DNA of 64,000 nt. It comes from Dehalococcoidia bacterium. Its GTDB lineage: Bacteria > Chloroflexota > Dehalococcoidia > Lucifugimonadales > UBA3495. Location of the stretch: assembly GCA_034423195.1 (NCBI GenBank), contig DAOUIZ010000066.1, positions 95,740 to 159,739 of the forward strand, written 5' to 3'. Numbering within the stretch: the stretch's first letter is position 1; every line of letters begins with the position of its first letter. The notes beneath the pieces were generated by a model. It was given only the letters and a program-made list of their open reading frames with translations. It was not told where the DNA came from and searched no databases. Position numbers and translations under genes: made by a program. This document shows positions 36,169 through 46,231 of the stretch, piece by piece.

Positions 36169-37380
36169 ATGAATAGCGGAGACATCACCTGGATACTGGC
36201 GTCATCGGCCCTGGTCTTGCTGATGACCCCCGGCCTGGCGTTTTTCTACGGCGGGCTGGTGCGGCGGAAGAATACCAACGCGACCATCATGCACTCCTTC
36301 ATGTCCATCGGGCTGGTTGGAGTGGTCTGGGTCCTGTGGGGATACAGCCTGGCCTTCGGGCCGGATTTCATGGGGTGGGGCATAATCGGTGACCTGTCAT
36401 GGTTCGGACTGGCAGGGGTGAGCGCCACGGAAGCCGGTCCCTACGCGGACAATATCCCCCACCAGGCGTTCATGGTTTTCCAGGGGATGTTCGCGATCAT
36501 AACTCCGGCGCTGATCACCGGGGCCTTTGCCGAGCGGATGAAGTTCAGCACCTACCTGGTCTTCATCGTCCTGTGGGTGACGATAGTCTACGCGCCGATA
36601 GCCCACTGGGTGTGGGGAGACAACGGCTGGCTGGGCGGACTGGGAGCCCTGGACTTCGCAGGCGGGACAGTGGTCCACATTAACTCGGGAATCGCAGCAC
36701 TGGCAGCCGCCCTGATCGTTGGACGCCGCCTGGGGTTCAAGACGCAGCCGATGCCTCCGCACAACGTCCCGATGGTGGTCCTGGGAGCGGCCCTGCTCTG
36801 GTTTGGCTGGTTCGGGTTCAACGCCGGTAGCGCGCTGGCGGCAGATGGCACCGCGGTCAATGCCTTCGTCGTCACCAACGCGGCAGCGGCGGCGGCAGTC
36901 CTGGCCTGGGTGGCGGTCAGTTGGGTATTCGGCAAGCATCCCAGCGTAATCGGAGCGGCGTCGGGAGCCGTCGCCGGCCTGGTTGCGATCACTCCGGCGG
37001 CGGGATTCGTGGGGGTGGTCCCGGCCATCATCATCGGCCTGGGAGCGGGCGTCATCTGCTACGCCGCGATTGAACTGCTGTTGAAGCTGAACATTGACGA
37101 TGCGCTGGCGGTGTTCGGAGTACACGGCATGGGTGGTGCCTGGGGTGCGCTGGCGACCGGGCTTTTCGTGGGCATCGGGTTTGGAGCCCTGGACATAGGC
37201 CGGGGCGAGCAAGTCCTGTATCAAATCGTGGGAATCTTCGCCGCCGCGGCCTGGTCCTTTATCATCACTTCGGTGATACTTCTGGTCCTTAAAGCAGTCA
37301 TGGGGTTGCGGGTGCCGGATGCCGACGAAGAAGCCGGCCTGGACTTGTCAGTACACGGGGAAGGTTCTTACACTGGATAG
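36169..37380 (+). CDS. amt: ammonium transporter (Amt family)
   Basis: 403-aa polytopic ORF with LMTPGLAFFYGG, DFAGGTVVHINSG and VHGMGGAWG Amt blocks. Confidence 0.93.
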   Translation: MNSGDITWILASSALVLLMTPGLAFFYGGLVRRKNTNATIMHSFMSIGLVGVVWVLWGYSLAFGPDFMGWGIIGDLSWFGLAGVSATEAGPYADNIPHQAFMVFQGMFAIITPALITGAFAERMKFSTYLVFIVLWVTIVYAPIAHWVWGDNGWLGGLGALDFAGGTVVHINSGIAALAAALIVGRRLGFKTQPMPPHNVPMVVLGAALLWFGWFGFNAGSALAADGTAVNAFVVTNAAAAAAVLAWVAVSWVFGKHPSVIGAASGAVAGLVAITPAAGFVGVVPAIIIGLGAGVICYAAIELLLKLNIDDALAVFGVHGMGGAWGALATGLFVGIGFGALDIGRGEQVLYQIVGIFAAAAWSFIITSVILLVLKAVMGLRVPDADEEAGLDLSVHGEGSYTG

Positions 37381-37457
37381 CTGACGCCGGCGACAGCCAA
37401 CGGGCGCAACCCCGCCGGAGTGAAAACTGGGAAACAACACTAGAGAGGTTTGGAGCA

Positions 37458-38459
37458 ATGAGTTACAAGGCGGAATACATCTGGATTGACGGACAGGAGC
37501 CGACAGCTAAGCTCCGTTCCAAGGGCAAGATCGTGCCGGACGGTGAGGAGCCCCCCGTCTGGGGATTCGACGGTTCCAGCACCAGCCAGGCTCCCGGGGA
37601 AGCATCGGACTGTGTGCTGAACCCGGTTTTCGTTTGCCCGGACCCGGTGCGGGGCGGCAACAACAAGCTGGTCATGTGCGAAGTGCTGCTGACCGACATG
37701 ACTCCCCATCCTTCCAACACGCGGGCCGCCTGCGCCGCCGCGGATGAAAAGTACCGCAGCTTCGACACCTGGTTCGGCATCGAGCAAGAGTACACCTTCT
37801 TCAAGGGATCCCGCCCGTTGGGCTTCCCGGAAAATGGCTTCCCCCCTCCCCAGGGCGGCTACTACTGCGGCGTGGGGATCGACGAAGTGTTCGGGCGCCC
37901 GGTGGTGGAAGAGCACATGGACGCCTGCCTGACCGCTGGTCTGGAAATCTCCGGTATTAACGGAGAGGTGATGCCGGGGCAGTGGGAGTTTCAGATCGGC
38001 CCGTTGGCGACCCCGGCTGTTGGGGACCACCTGTGGGTTGCCCGGTGGCTGCTCTACCGCATCGCCGAAGACCACGACATTACCGCTACCCTGGACCCCA
38101 AGCCGGTCCGCGGAGACTGGAACGGCGCGGGGGCGCACCACAACTTCTCCACCAACGAGATGCGGGGATCCTACGACGCCTGCGTGGCGGCCGCCGAGGC
38201 GCTGGGAGCCAATCACCACGAGCACATCGTCAACTACGGACACCGCATCGAAGAGCGGCTGACCGGACTCCATGAGACCTGCGCCTACACCGAGTTCCGG
38301 TACGGCGTGTCGGACCGGGGCGCATCGGTACGGATTCCCTGGCAGGTGGCGCGGGATGGCAAGGGTTACATCGAGGACCGCCGCCCCAACGCCAACGTTG
38401 ACCCCTACGTCGCCACCCGGCTGATTGTCGAGACGGTCTGCGGAGCGGCATCAGCGTAA
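37458..38459 (+). CDS. glnII: glutamine synthetase type II (eukaryote-like GSII)
   Basis: 333-aa ORF with N-terminus MSYKAEYIWIDGQEPTAKLRSK plus GINGEVMPGQWEFQIGP and NGAGAHHNFS, hallmark GSII blocks. Confidence 0.9.
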   Translation: MSYKAEYIWIDGQEPTAKLRSKGKIVPDGEEPPVWGFDGSSTSQAPGEASDCVLNPVFVCPDPVRGGNNKLVMCEVLLTDMTPHPSNTRAACAAADEKYRSFDTWFGIEQEYTFFKGSRPLGFPENGFPPPQGGYYCGVGIDEVFGRPVVEEHMDACLTAGLEISGINGEVMPGQWEFQIGPLATPAVGDHLWVARWLLYRIAEDHDITATLDPKPVRGDWNGAGAHHNFSTNEMRGSYDACVAAAEALGANHHEHIVNYGHRIEERLTGLHETCAYTEFRYGVSDRGASVRIPWQVARDGKGYIEDRRPNANVDPYVATRLIVETVCGAASA

Positions 38460-38596
38460 CTGCTCCCGGCCATCCCTGTGTCTTGCTATCGCCAAACGGC
38501 GCCGTTCCCCAAGGGGCGGCGCCGTCCTGTCGCACCAAACCATTGAAGTGCTCAGTCAGGCAAGAATTACCCCAGCCCCGATGGAGTCTGTAAGCC

Positions 38597-39937
38597 ATGA
38601 TGAACGATGATCGCGCCGCCGAGCGTGAGTATGTACTGAGGAGCGCCCGGGACAATGACGTGAAGTTCATCCGTCTCTGGTTCACCGACATCCTGGGGAA
38701 CCTGAAGGGGTTCGCCATTACCGTGGACGATCTGGAAGACGCCATCGAGCGGGGGGTGGGATTCGACGGGTCGGCGATTGAGGGGTTCGCGCGCATCAAC
38801 GAAAGCGACATGCGGGCTTTCCCCGACCCCGCGACGTTCACTTTGCTACCATGGCGTCCCAGGCAGAATGCCGTGGCGCGGATGTTCTGCGACATCACCA
38901 CGCCGGACGGGAAGCTGTTTGCCGGGGACCCGCGCAGCGCGCTGAAGCGGAACCTGGAACGGGCGGCGGGCCTGGGATACACCTACTACGTGGGGCCGGA
39001 GCTGGAATTCTTCTACCTGAAGGACCAGAACACGCCCGAGCCGCTGGACAACTTCGGCTACTACGATCAGCAGTCGACGCATCCCACGGCGGACCTGCGG
39101 CGGGACACGGTGCTGAACCTGGCCGATATGGGCATTCCGGTCAAATACTCCCACCACGAGGGAGCCCCCAGCCAGCATGAAATAGATCTGCAGTACACCG
39201 ACGCCCTGACAATGGCGGACAACGTCACAACCGCGAAGCTGGTAATCAAGGAACTGGCGCAGCTGCGGGATGCCTACGCCTCCTTCATGCCCAAGCCGCT
39301 GACGGGAGAGAACGGGTCCGGGATGCACGTCCACCAGTCGCTCTTCCTGGGGGACCAGAACGCCTTCTTCGAACCCGAGGACGAATCCCACCTTTCGGAG
39401 ACCGGCAAACGGTTCATCGCCGGCCTGCTGCATCACGCCAGGGAGATCACGCTGGTGACCAACCAGTGGGTGAATTCGTACAAGCGTCTGGTGCCGGGGT
39501 ACGAGGCCCCGGTTTACGTTTCCTGGGCGCGGGTGAACCGGTCGGACCTGGTGCGGGTACCGGCGTACAAGCCGGGGTACGAGAGCTCGATCCGGGTGGA
39601 GTACCGGGCTCCCGACCCAGCATGCAATCCCTACCTGGCTTTCAGCGTGATGCTGGCGGCGGGCCTGAAAGGGATTGAGGAGGACTACCCGCTGCCGCTT
39701 CCCATTGAGGACAACGTCTTCGAGATGTCGACCGCGGAGCGGCAGGCCAAGGGTATTGGCAATCTGCCCGGAAGCCTGGGTGAGGCTTTGTCTCTGGCCC
39801 GGGACAGCGGTCTGCTTCGGGAGGCATTGGGTGAGCACATCTACGGGGGACTGATCCGCAACAAAGAGCGGGAATGGAGCGACTACCGGGCCACCGTGAC
39901 CGACTACGAGGTCAGGAACTACCTGCCGGTGCTGTAA
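38597..39937 (+). CDS. glnA: glutamine synthetase type I
   Basis: 446-aa ORF with FIRLWFTDILGNLKGF, HHEGAPSQHEID, KPLTGENGSGMHVHQS and NPYLAF blocks. Confidence 0.92.
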   Translation: MMNDDRAAEREYVLRSARDNDVKFIRLWFTDILGNLKGFAITVDDLEDAIERGVGFDGSAIEGFARINESDMRAFPDPATFTLLPWRPRQNAVARMFCDITTPDGKLFAGDPRSALKRNLERAAGLGYTYYVGPELEFFYLKDQNTPEPLDNFGYYDQQSTHPTADLRRDTVLNLADMGIPVKYSHHEGAPSQHEIDLQYTDALTMADNVTTAKLVIKELAQLRDAYASFMPKPLTGENGSGMHVHQSLFLGDQNAFFEPEDESHLSETGKRFIAGLLHHAREITLVTNQWVNSYKRLVPGYEAPVYVSWARVNRSDLVRVPAYKPGYESSIRVEYRAPDPACNPYLAFSVMLAAGLKGIEEDYPLPLPIEDNVFEMSTAERQAKGIGNLPGSLGEALSLARDSGLLREALGEHIYGGLIRNKEREWSDYRATVTDYEVRNYLPVL

Positions 39938-39953
39938 CGGGGGCCAGCCCGGG

Positions 39954-40934
39954 TCAGGGCAAGCTGACGGAGACGCCCCGGCGCATGGAATCGTAGGCGG
40001 CCAGGACTATCCTGAGGTCGGCGAGCCCCGACTCGCCGGTGGTCTCGGGCCGGCGGTCTTCGCGGATGCAGGCCATAAACTCCCGGACCATTCCGACCAG
40101 CCCTCCCCGGTCGGCGGGTACCACCAGAGTCTCCTCATGCCCGTTTCTTTCCAGGCGCATGACGGTGGCGTCCAGCTCGAAGCAGATGCGTCCCCGGTCA
40201 CCCGAGATCGCGGCCCACTGGGGCGGGGGCCGCTGGGAACCAGTCCACGCATGGTTGATAAGGCCCACCGGGCCGTTATCCCAGGAAAGGGTGGCAACCA
40301 CCCCGTCTTCCCCCTGGTGCCCCAGCAGGTTGGGGGAAAGCTGGGCAGCGTAGATACGGGACGGCTCGCCCAGCAGTTGGCGGAGGAAGTGGACCTTGTG
40401 GATTCCTCCGTCGATCAGTACCCCGCCGCCGCTGAGGGTCGCGTCGCCGCGCCACCCTCCGGGCTGGAAGGGGGCTTCCTCCTGGACCTGGGCGAGCCGT
40501 ACTCCTCCGATTGCGCCCTGGCCCACCAATTCCTTGCACTTCCTGACTTGGGGAAGGAAGTGGTAGTTCTCGGCGATCATCAGGGTGATGCCGGAGTCGC
40601 GGGAGGTGCGGATGATGGCTTCGGCCTCTTCCACGGTGCAGGCGATGGGTTTCTCCAGCAGGACGTGCTTGCTGGCCTGAGCGGCCAGCTCGGCGTGTTC
40701 CCGGTGGAGGTGGTGGGGAGTGCAAACGTAGACGGCTTCGATCCGTGGGTCGGAAACGGCTTCGGAATAGGAGCCGAAGGCCCCGGCTCCGCCGAAGCGC
40801 CTGGCGTACTCCCGGGCCCGAGCCGAGGCGCGGCTGGCGAAGTAGAGGTCGAGGTCACGGCGCAGGGGAGTGAGTGCCCCAGCAAAGGTGGCGGCGAAGC
40901 TGCCGCAGCCCAGGACCGCCAGTCCGAAGCTCAC
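39954..40934 (-). CDS. Gfo/Idh/MocA family oxidoreductase
   Basis: 326-aa ORF with an N-terminal Rossmann motif VLGCGSFA and a HVLLEKP block. Confidence 0.8.
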   Translation of the reverse strand: MSFGLAVLGCGSFAATFAGALTPLRRDLDLYFASRASARAREYARRFGGAGAFGSYSEAVSDPRIEAVYVCTPHHLHREHAELAAQASKHVLLEKPIACTVEEAEAIIRTSRDSGITLMIAENYHFLPQVRKCKELVGQGAIGGVRLAQVQEEAPFQPGGWRGDATLSGGGVLIDGGIHKVHFLRQLLGEPSRIYAAQLSPNLLGHQGEDGVVATLSWDNGPVGLINHAWTGSQRPPPQWAAISGDRGRICFELDATVMRLERNGHEETLVVPADRGGLVGMVREFMACIREDRRPETTGESGLADLRIVLAAYDSMRRGVSVSLP

Positions 40935-41710
40935 TTTCTCCCCACAGCTTTGGCCTGCCTGCGGGCGACGGTGCGGCGGATGTAGGATGCGGCATCCGGG
41001 GTCTTGCAGCTGGTCTGGCCATGGTCCACTTCCACCTTCCCGATGCGGGCGGCGGCTTCCAGGGCGAGAGCTTCCAGAGCTGGGTTGCGGATGCCGATGG
41101 CGATGAGGGCGTTGTTCATGGCGTCCCTGACCCGGTTCGGGCGGGAATGGATGCCGGACTCGATGACGGCCAGAAGCTCCACGAAGTAGTCATCCGGCAG
41201 GTCCTGGTCCTTCATGGCCAGGTTGGCGGTCATGTGCCAACCGGCCCGTCCGGGCCACTCGGCATCGTCATCCCGCCACTGCTCGGCCTTGAGCCGGGCT
41301 AGGGAGGTGCGCCCGGCGAACCCGGCAAAGGAATCGGTGATTATGTAGTTATCCAGGTCACGGCACCAGGACTCCAGGATGGCATCGTCGGCAAGGGCAG
41401 GATCGGCGACCATCGCCGCGAGGATGCGGCAGTCGTGGTTGGCGGTTTCCCAGAGGGAAAGGGAGAGGGGGTGGTCCTTCTTGATGCGCTTCTGGAGTTT
41501 CTTGAGGTTGGCGAAGCTGAGGCCGTACTGGCCGCCGGAGACGCCGTGGCGGACATAGATTTTCCGGTTCTGGGCGGTGCCCAGGGATTCCATTTCGTGT
41601 AGAAGCTGAGGCAGGGACACGGAATTTTTCCTAGCGAGAAGGTAGGCCGCCACCTGAGGGTTGAGGTCAAGTATATCGGCGGCAAGGTGGGAGGGGCGGA
41701 GCCGGGCCAA
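40931..41710 (-). CDS. DNA alkylation repair protein (AlkD-like HEAT-repeat family)
   Basis: 259-aa ORF with YVRHGV...YGLSFANLKKL...LWETANHDCRILAAMV, resembling the DNA_alkylation family. It overlaps the downstream gene by 4 nt. Confidence 0.65.
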   Translation of the reverse strand: MARLRPSHLAADILDLNPQVAAYLLARKNSVSLPQLLHEMESLGTAQNRKIYVRHGVSGGQYGLSFANLKKLQKRIKKDHPLSLSLWETANHDCRILAAMVADPALADDAILESWCRDLDNYIITDSFAGFAGRTSLARLKAEQWRDDDAEWPGRAGWHMTANLAMKDQDLPDDYFVELLAVIESGIHSRPNRVRDAMNNALIAIGIRNPALEALALEAAARIGKVEVDHGQTSCKTPDAASYIRRTVARRQAKAVGRK

Positions 41711-41889
41711 CGGGGCATGGTTTCGAGGCTGGAAGAATTTTTTCTGCTACATTTTGGCGCTTTTTGGTGCTTTTTGCGCCAGGGACATGGTTTTGGTTGG
41801 AATTGTTGGAGCCGGACCAGTTAGCACACACGGAGTAATGGTAATAACCGGGCACCGGGGAACGCAAGGGCAAAGTGTCAGTGATCTCT

Positions 41890-43848
41890 TTACCGGGCCG
41901 GCTCGACCGACATGGTATAGCTGGCGGGCTGGCGGGTGGGGTATCCGAGGGGAGCGATGACGACGATGAGGCGGTCGAAGGCTTCGGGGTTGGGAACGGT
42001 GAACTCGCCGGTGTTGGCGGCGTCGAGGACCATCCGGTCGACCTGGGCGGCCTCGGTTTGCTGGATTATCTGCACCACGAACCGCTGCGGGACGCGGTTC
42101 TGTGTGAAGACGAACCCGTCCGGCTGCCATGGTCCCGGCACGGTTTGTCCGTCGGCGGTTATCCCCAGGTTACGGAGGCAGATGCCGGTGCCGTGGATGG
42201 CATCGTCGGTGACGTACTGGAACCGGAGCCATATTTCCTGACCGGCGTAGGCGGACAGGTCTACCTTTTCGTCCGTCCAGTCCAGGTTGCCGGAGTAGCC
42301 CGGGCCGAAGATTACGCCGAGGTCGGATGGGGGATAGGAAGACGGGGCCTCGATGACTTTCCAGTTCCTGCCGCCATCGGTGGACACCTGCAGGTAGGCG
42401 TAGTCCCAGGCCTTTTCGATTTCGGACCAGACCTGGTATTGGAGTTGGGCCTCGGAAACGTTCCGCAGGTCAACCTGTCGGGTGAGAGCGGTGGTGATGG
42501 AGTCTCCCAGGTTGCCCCACCAGCAACCGTCCGGTCCGGCGTCCACGGGAAGGAGAGGTGTTGATACGGGTGCGGAAAAGCGGATGCGGGCAGGGCCTTC
42601 CAAATCCTTCAGCTCAACGTGGTGAGCGGAATACTGGGGGATATCCGATTCGTGGGTGGAGAAGCCCTTGATGGTGTCCGTGGGACGGCCGCCAACGGCA
42701 AATTCACCGATGCTGTATTTCCCTCCCGGGGCGTCAAGGTAGAGGGCGACGGCCCAGTCGGCGAAAACGTCGTTGAACGTCGTGTCGTAGCCCAGGTCAG
42801 ACAGGTAGTTGTCGATGCCGGCTATGCCGTCGGCGGGCTGGGCCAGTAGGGGACGCATGTCCCCATCCCGAGAATAATGCTCCTCCAGGTAATGGAAGAA
42901 GAGGGATGAGGCCCAGTAATTGTGGCGGGAGAGGCCGGGGTGGGTGGTCCAGTTGACCAGTGAGACGGTGGGTGCCGGGGATCCCATCCGCAATCCAGGC
43001 TGCCCGCGGCGAAATTTTGTGACCGCCAACTCGGCCAACCCCTCGTCAACCCAGGTTTCCTCGGACTCGTCGGCGTGCCAATGGATGGCGTGCTGGAGTT
43101 CGTGGGCCAGGATATCCAAGTAGACCTTGCTGGTGACTGGGACCGCCTTGACGTTGATGTAGATGGCCTCCCGCTGGTTGCTGCGGGAGGAAATCTCGAC
43201 GGGATACTCGTCAAGGGAACTGTAGTATCCTGCCGCTCCGCTGATATCGCCGTTGATTACAGCCAGGCGGGGGTCTCCATCCACTCCGGGAATCCATTCC
43301 TGGCCGAAGGCTTCCGTAACCGCCGGGTAGATGCGCTCTTCGAACTGGCGGGCGGCTTCGGCGAGTCCGGCGGAATCCACTTCAATACCCTGCTCCACGT
43401 ACCAGTAGGCGTGGGGGGTTACCAGTTGCAGCACGAAGCCGGACTGGTACGCCCGGTCGGCGCCGAGGTCCACCATCCACAGGGTTTCTTGAAGGCCAGG
43501 CACTTTCTCCCCGGGTTCGCCCGAAGCGATCCGGGGGATATTGTCCGGGTCTGTGCCGAGGCGCAGTTCCGCCACCAATTGAAACAGGTCTCGTTCCGGG
43601 GGATTGGGGAACGATACAGCAAGGGAGTTTGCGGTGGCGGCGTGAGGAGATACGGCGGGTTGGGCAGGCGGGGCCAGCGATGGGGCCGGCGCCGTAGCGG
43701 GAAGGTCAAGCGAGTGGACTCCGGTACTGCTGGGAGCGGCCACAGGGGAGTCTGGAGATGCGGCGGGAGCCGCAGGAGTGGGAAGAGCTTCTTCAGCGGC
43801 GCAGGCAGGCAGGGCCGAACCGGCGAGCAGCCCGAGAAAGGCCAACAT
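41890..43848 (-). CDS. zinc metallopeptidase lipoprotein (HExxH, MA-clan-like)
   Basis: The in-frame ATG at 43848 gives MLAFLGLLAGSALPAC, a lipobox signal. A P/A/S-rich tether follows, then HELQHAIHWH...WVDEGLAE (HExxH plus downstream Glu). The track start at 44355 would overlap all of pth. Confidence 0.75.
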   Translation of the reverse strand: MLAFLGLLAGSALPACAAEEALPTPAAPAASPDSPVAAPSSTGVHSLDLPATAPAPSLAPPAQPAVSPHAATANSLAVSFPNPPERDLFQLVAELRLGTDPDNIPRIASGEPGEKVPGLQETLWMVDLGADRAYQSGFVLQLVTPHAYWYVEQGIEVDSAGLAEAARQFEERIYPAVTEAFGQEWIPGVDGDPRLAVINGDISGAAGYYSSLDEYPVEISSRSNQREAIYINVKAVPVTSKVYLDILAHELQHAIHWHADESEETWVDEGLAELAVTKFRRGQPGLRMGSPAPTVSLVNWTTHPGLSRHNYWASSLFFHYLEEHYSRDGDMRPLLAQPADGIAGIDNYLSDLGYDTTFNDVFADWAVALYLDAPGGKYSIGEFAVGGRPTDTIKGFSTHESDIPQYSAHHVELKDLEGPARIRFSAPVSTPLLPVDAGPDGCWWGNLGDSITTALTRQVDLRNVSEAQLQYQVWSEIEKAWDYAYLQVSTDGGRNWKVIEAPSSYPPSDLGVIFGPGYSGNLDWTDEKVDLSAYAGQEIWLRFQYVTDDAIHGTGICLRNLGITADGQTVPGPWQPDGFVFTQNRVPQRFVVQIIQQTEAAQVDRMVLDAANTGEFTVPNPEAFDRLIVVIAPLGYPTRQPASYTMSVEPAR

Positions 43849-43868
43849 CACGGGGAGGCAGTGCCGGG

Positions 43869-44426
43869 TCAATTGAACTGGCTCATGGCCCGGTCGATCC
43901 CGTCCGTCAGGAGGCAGTCGGCGGCGGATACCACCTGCTGAACGACCTCGGCCATCACAGCCGTCTCCTCGCTGGAGAAACCACCGATGACGTGAGCGAC
44001 CTGGTTTCCGTCCTGTCCCGGCCGCCCGATGCCGATGCGGATGCGGGGGAAGTCGACGGTCCCGAGGGCGGCGATGATGGAGCGGACGCCATTGTGGCCG
44101 GCGTCGCTGCCCCGGGGCCGCAGGCGCAGCTTGCCGACGGGAAGGGCCATTTCGTCGTAGATCACGAGCAGATCCACGGGTTTGACTCCAAAGCGGGCGA
44201 CGAGGTAGTCGATTCCCTCGCCGCTGCGGTTCATAAAGGTGCGGGGCTTGGCCAGAACAATATCCTGGTCCAAGTGGCGGCCGCGCCCCAGAACAGCCTT
44301 GGCGCGGCGTTCCGACAGGCGGATGTCCCACTCCCGGGACATGAGGTCGATGCACTTGAATCCGACGTTGTGGCGGGTGTCCCGATAGCGGGGACCGGGG
44401 TTGCCGAGGCCGACGATGACGCGCAT
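43869..44426 (-). CDS. pth: peptidyl-tRNA hydrolase
   Basis: 185-aa ORF with MRVIVGLGNPGPRYRDTRHNVGF and GHNG blocks. Confidence 0.93.
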   Translation of the reverse strand: MRVIVGLGNPGPRYRDTRHNVGFKCIDLMSREWDIRLSERRAKAVLGRGRHLDQDIVLAKPRTFMNRSGEGIDYLVARFGVKPVDLLVIYDEMALPVGKLRLRPRGSDAGHNGVRSIIAALGTVDFPRIRIGIGRPGQDGNQVAHVIGGFSSEETAVMAEVVQQVVSAADCLLTDGIDRAMSQFN

Positions 44427-44460
44427 GGGGTTATTGTACTATCGGAGGCGGTGTTGCTGC

Positions 44461-45327
44461 CTAGCCGGAGCCGGAAGTCAGGTCACGGCGGTGCAGTCCG
44501 TACAGGGTCAGACCCCAACAGAGGGCCGCGTAGCCCAGCACCGGGGCCAGGAACGTCCAGCGTCCCAGGTCGTCGTCGCCGTTGACGAAACGGGAGGTGA
44601 CTCCCCGGAGGGTCCACCGGGTGTAGTCTTCCACCGGGAACTCGAGGGCTTGTCCGAGGAAACCGGCCAGGGGGTAAACCCAAAGCTCGAAGAGGACGAT
44701 TCCGATGCCGACGCCCAGCCCGAAGGCGGTGGAACGTCCGGCGGTGGTGAGGACGGCGCCCAGGCCCAGGTAGGCCAGGGCGACAAGCCACGATGCGCCG
44801 AGCCGCACCAGGGTCTCTCCCCAACCGGCGGTCTCGGTGATGGCCTCGTTGATGCCGCCGGGGTTTTCCGAAGGCTGGCCCGCGGCCAGGCCGACGGCGG
44901 CGGCGGCCAGCCAGGAGACAATCCAGAAGACGAGCAGGATTGCGGCGAGGAGGAGGAGCTTGGCAATGCCAACCTGCCAGCGGGCCGTCCCCCGGACGGT
45001 GAGGGCGCGCCAGGCGCCGGAGGCGAAGTCGCTTCCGAAGACCATGCTGGACAGGACCACCGCCAGGAATACGCCCAGGCCGGACAAGGCTCCGACGGCG
45101 GCGGCCGGGTAGTCCGAAGGCGAGGTGGCTAACCCGACGAAATCCTGGCCGAAGTACCGGAACAACAGCAGACCGGCCAGTCCGAAGGCGATGACCGCCG
45201 CGGCCAGTCCCATGATTACCCAGAAGGGAGCCCGGCGGGAAAGGCGGAACCATTCCCAGCGGAGGGCGGTGAGGACGCCAGAGGCCGCGCCCGCCCAGAT
45301 TCGAGACGGGTCAGTCCCGGTCGCCAC
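44461..45327 (-). CDS. ABC-2 type transporter permease
   Basis: 288-aa polytopic ORF that overlaps the upstream ABC ATPase gene by 17 nt. Confidence 0.7.
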   Translation of the reverse strand: MATGTDPSRIWAGAASGVLTALRWEWFRLSRRAPFWVIMGLAAAVIAFGLAGLLLFRYFGQDFVGLATSPSDYPAAAVGALSGLGVFLAVVLSSMVFGSDFASGAWRALTVRGTARWQVGIAKLLLLAAILLVFWIVSWLAAAAVGLAAGQPSENPGGINEAITETAGWGETLVRLGASWLVALAYLGLGAVLTTAGRSTAFGLGVGIGIVLFELWVYPLAGFLGQALEFPVEDYTRWTLRGVTSRFVNGDDDLGRWTFLAPVLGYAALCWGLTLYGLHRRDLTSGSG

Positions 45328-46231
45328 CAGTTACCTCCATGAAACCGGCTTCGAGGGAGCGGGAGCCGGAGCGCATGCCGGAAATGTAGATTCCGGCGTG
45401 GGCCAGGTCGCGGGTTATCTCCCACTCCCGGCCCTCCGGGGATGCGACTTCCAGCCCGTTGGGGGAGTCCTCGTCCACCTGCCAGCCGGCGGTGCGGAGA
45501 AGCTGGGCTGCTTTCGCGTCATCGGTGGTGCGGACGGCGACCCGGGGCGGGCCGCCGAGTTCGGCGACGGGGCCGGAAAACAGCAGATGTCCCTGCCGCA
45601 TGATGGCGACGTGATCGCATACCTGCTCTACCTCGTTCAGCAAATGGCTGGCCAGGATGATGGTGCGGCGTCCGCCGGAGCACAGGCTGTTAATCAGGTC
45701 GCGGACTTCGACGATGCCCACCGGGTCGAGGCCGTTGGTGGGTTCGTCGAGGACCAGGACATCCGGGTCGCCGAGGAGGGCGGCGGCTATGCCAAGGCGG
45801 GCTTTCATGCCGGTGGAGCAGTTGGCGAACTTGCGATGGGCGGCGTCTCCGGCGAGGCCGACGGTTTCGAGAAGCAGGTCAAGCTCATCCTCGCCCGCTC
45901 CGGTGCGGTAGATTCCCTGGAGACACTTGAGGTTGTTGCGGCAGGATAGGTTGGGCCAGAAGACGGGGCGGTCGATGAGCCAACCGATGTTGCGGCGGGC
46001 TTCACCGAGGCCGGCGGCGCCTGCCATCCCCAGCAACTCGATGCTGCCCGAAGTGGGCCGGATGAAACCGGCCAGCATGGACAGCAGGGTGGTCTTGCCG
46101 GAGCCGTTGGGGCCGAGCAGTCCGAAGACGCTGCCCACGGGGACTTGCAGCGTAACGCCATTGACGGCTTGAACCCGTCCGAACTGCTTGGTGAGGCTGG
46201 AGGCGGCGACGGCCGGGGATGGGTTGGTCAC
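45311..46231 (-). CDS. ABC transporter ATP-binding protein
   Basis: Walker A GPNGSGKTT, an ABC-signature-region equivalent (CSTGMKARL) and Walker B VLVLDEPTNGLD. Confidence 0.88.
   Translation of the reverse strand: MTNPSPAVAASSLTKQFGRVQAVNGVTLQVPVGSVFGLLGPNGSGKTTLLSMLAGFIRPTSGSIELLGMAGAAGLGEARRNIGWLIDRPVFWPNLSCRNNLKCLQGIYRTGAGEDELDLLLETVGLAGDAAHRKFANCSTGMKARLGIAAALLGDPDVLVLDEPTNGLDPVGIVEVRDLINSLCSGGRRTIILASHLLNEVEQVCDHVAIMRQGHLLFSGPVAELGGPPRVAVRTTDDAKAAQLLRTAGWQVDEDSPNGLEVASPEGREWEITRDLAHAGIYISGMRSGSRSLEAGFMEVTGGDRD

Noticed and set aside
43849-44355. Upstream 169-codon extension of the metallopeptidase ORF.
   Set aside because: It would overlap the entire pth gene in another frame and is Arg/Pro-rich nonsense. 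The internal ATG at 43848 yields a textbook lipoprotein signal.
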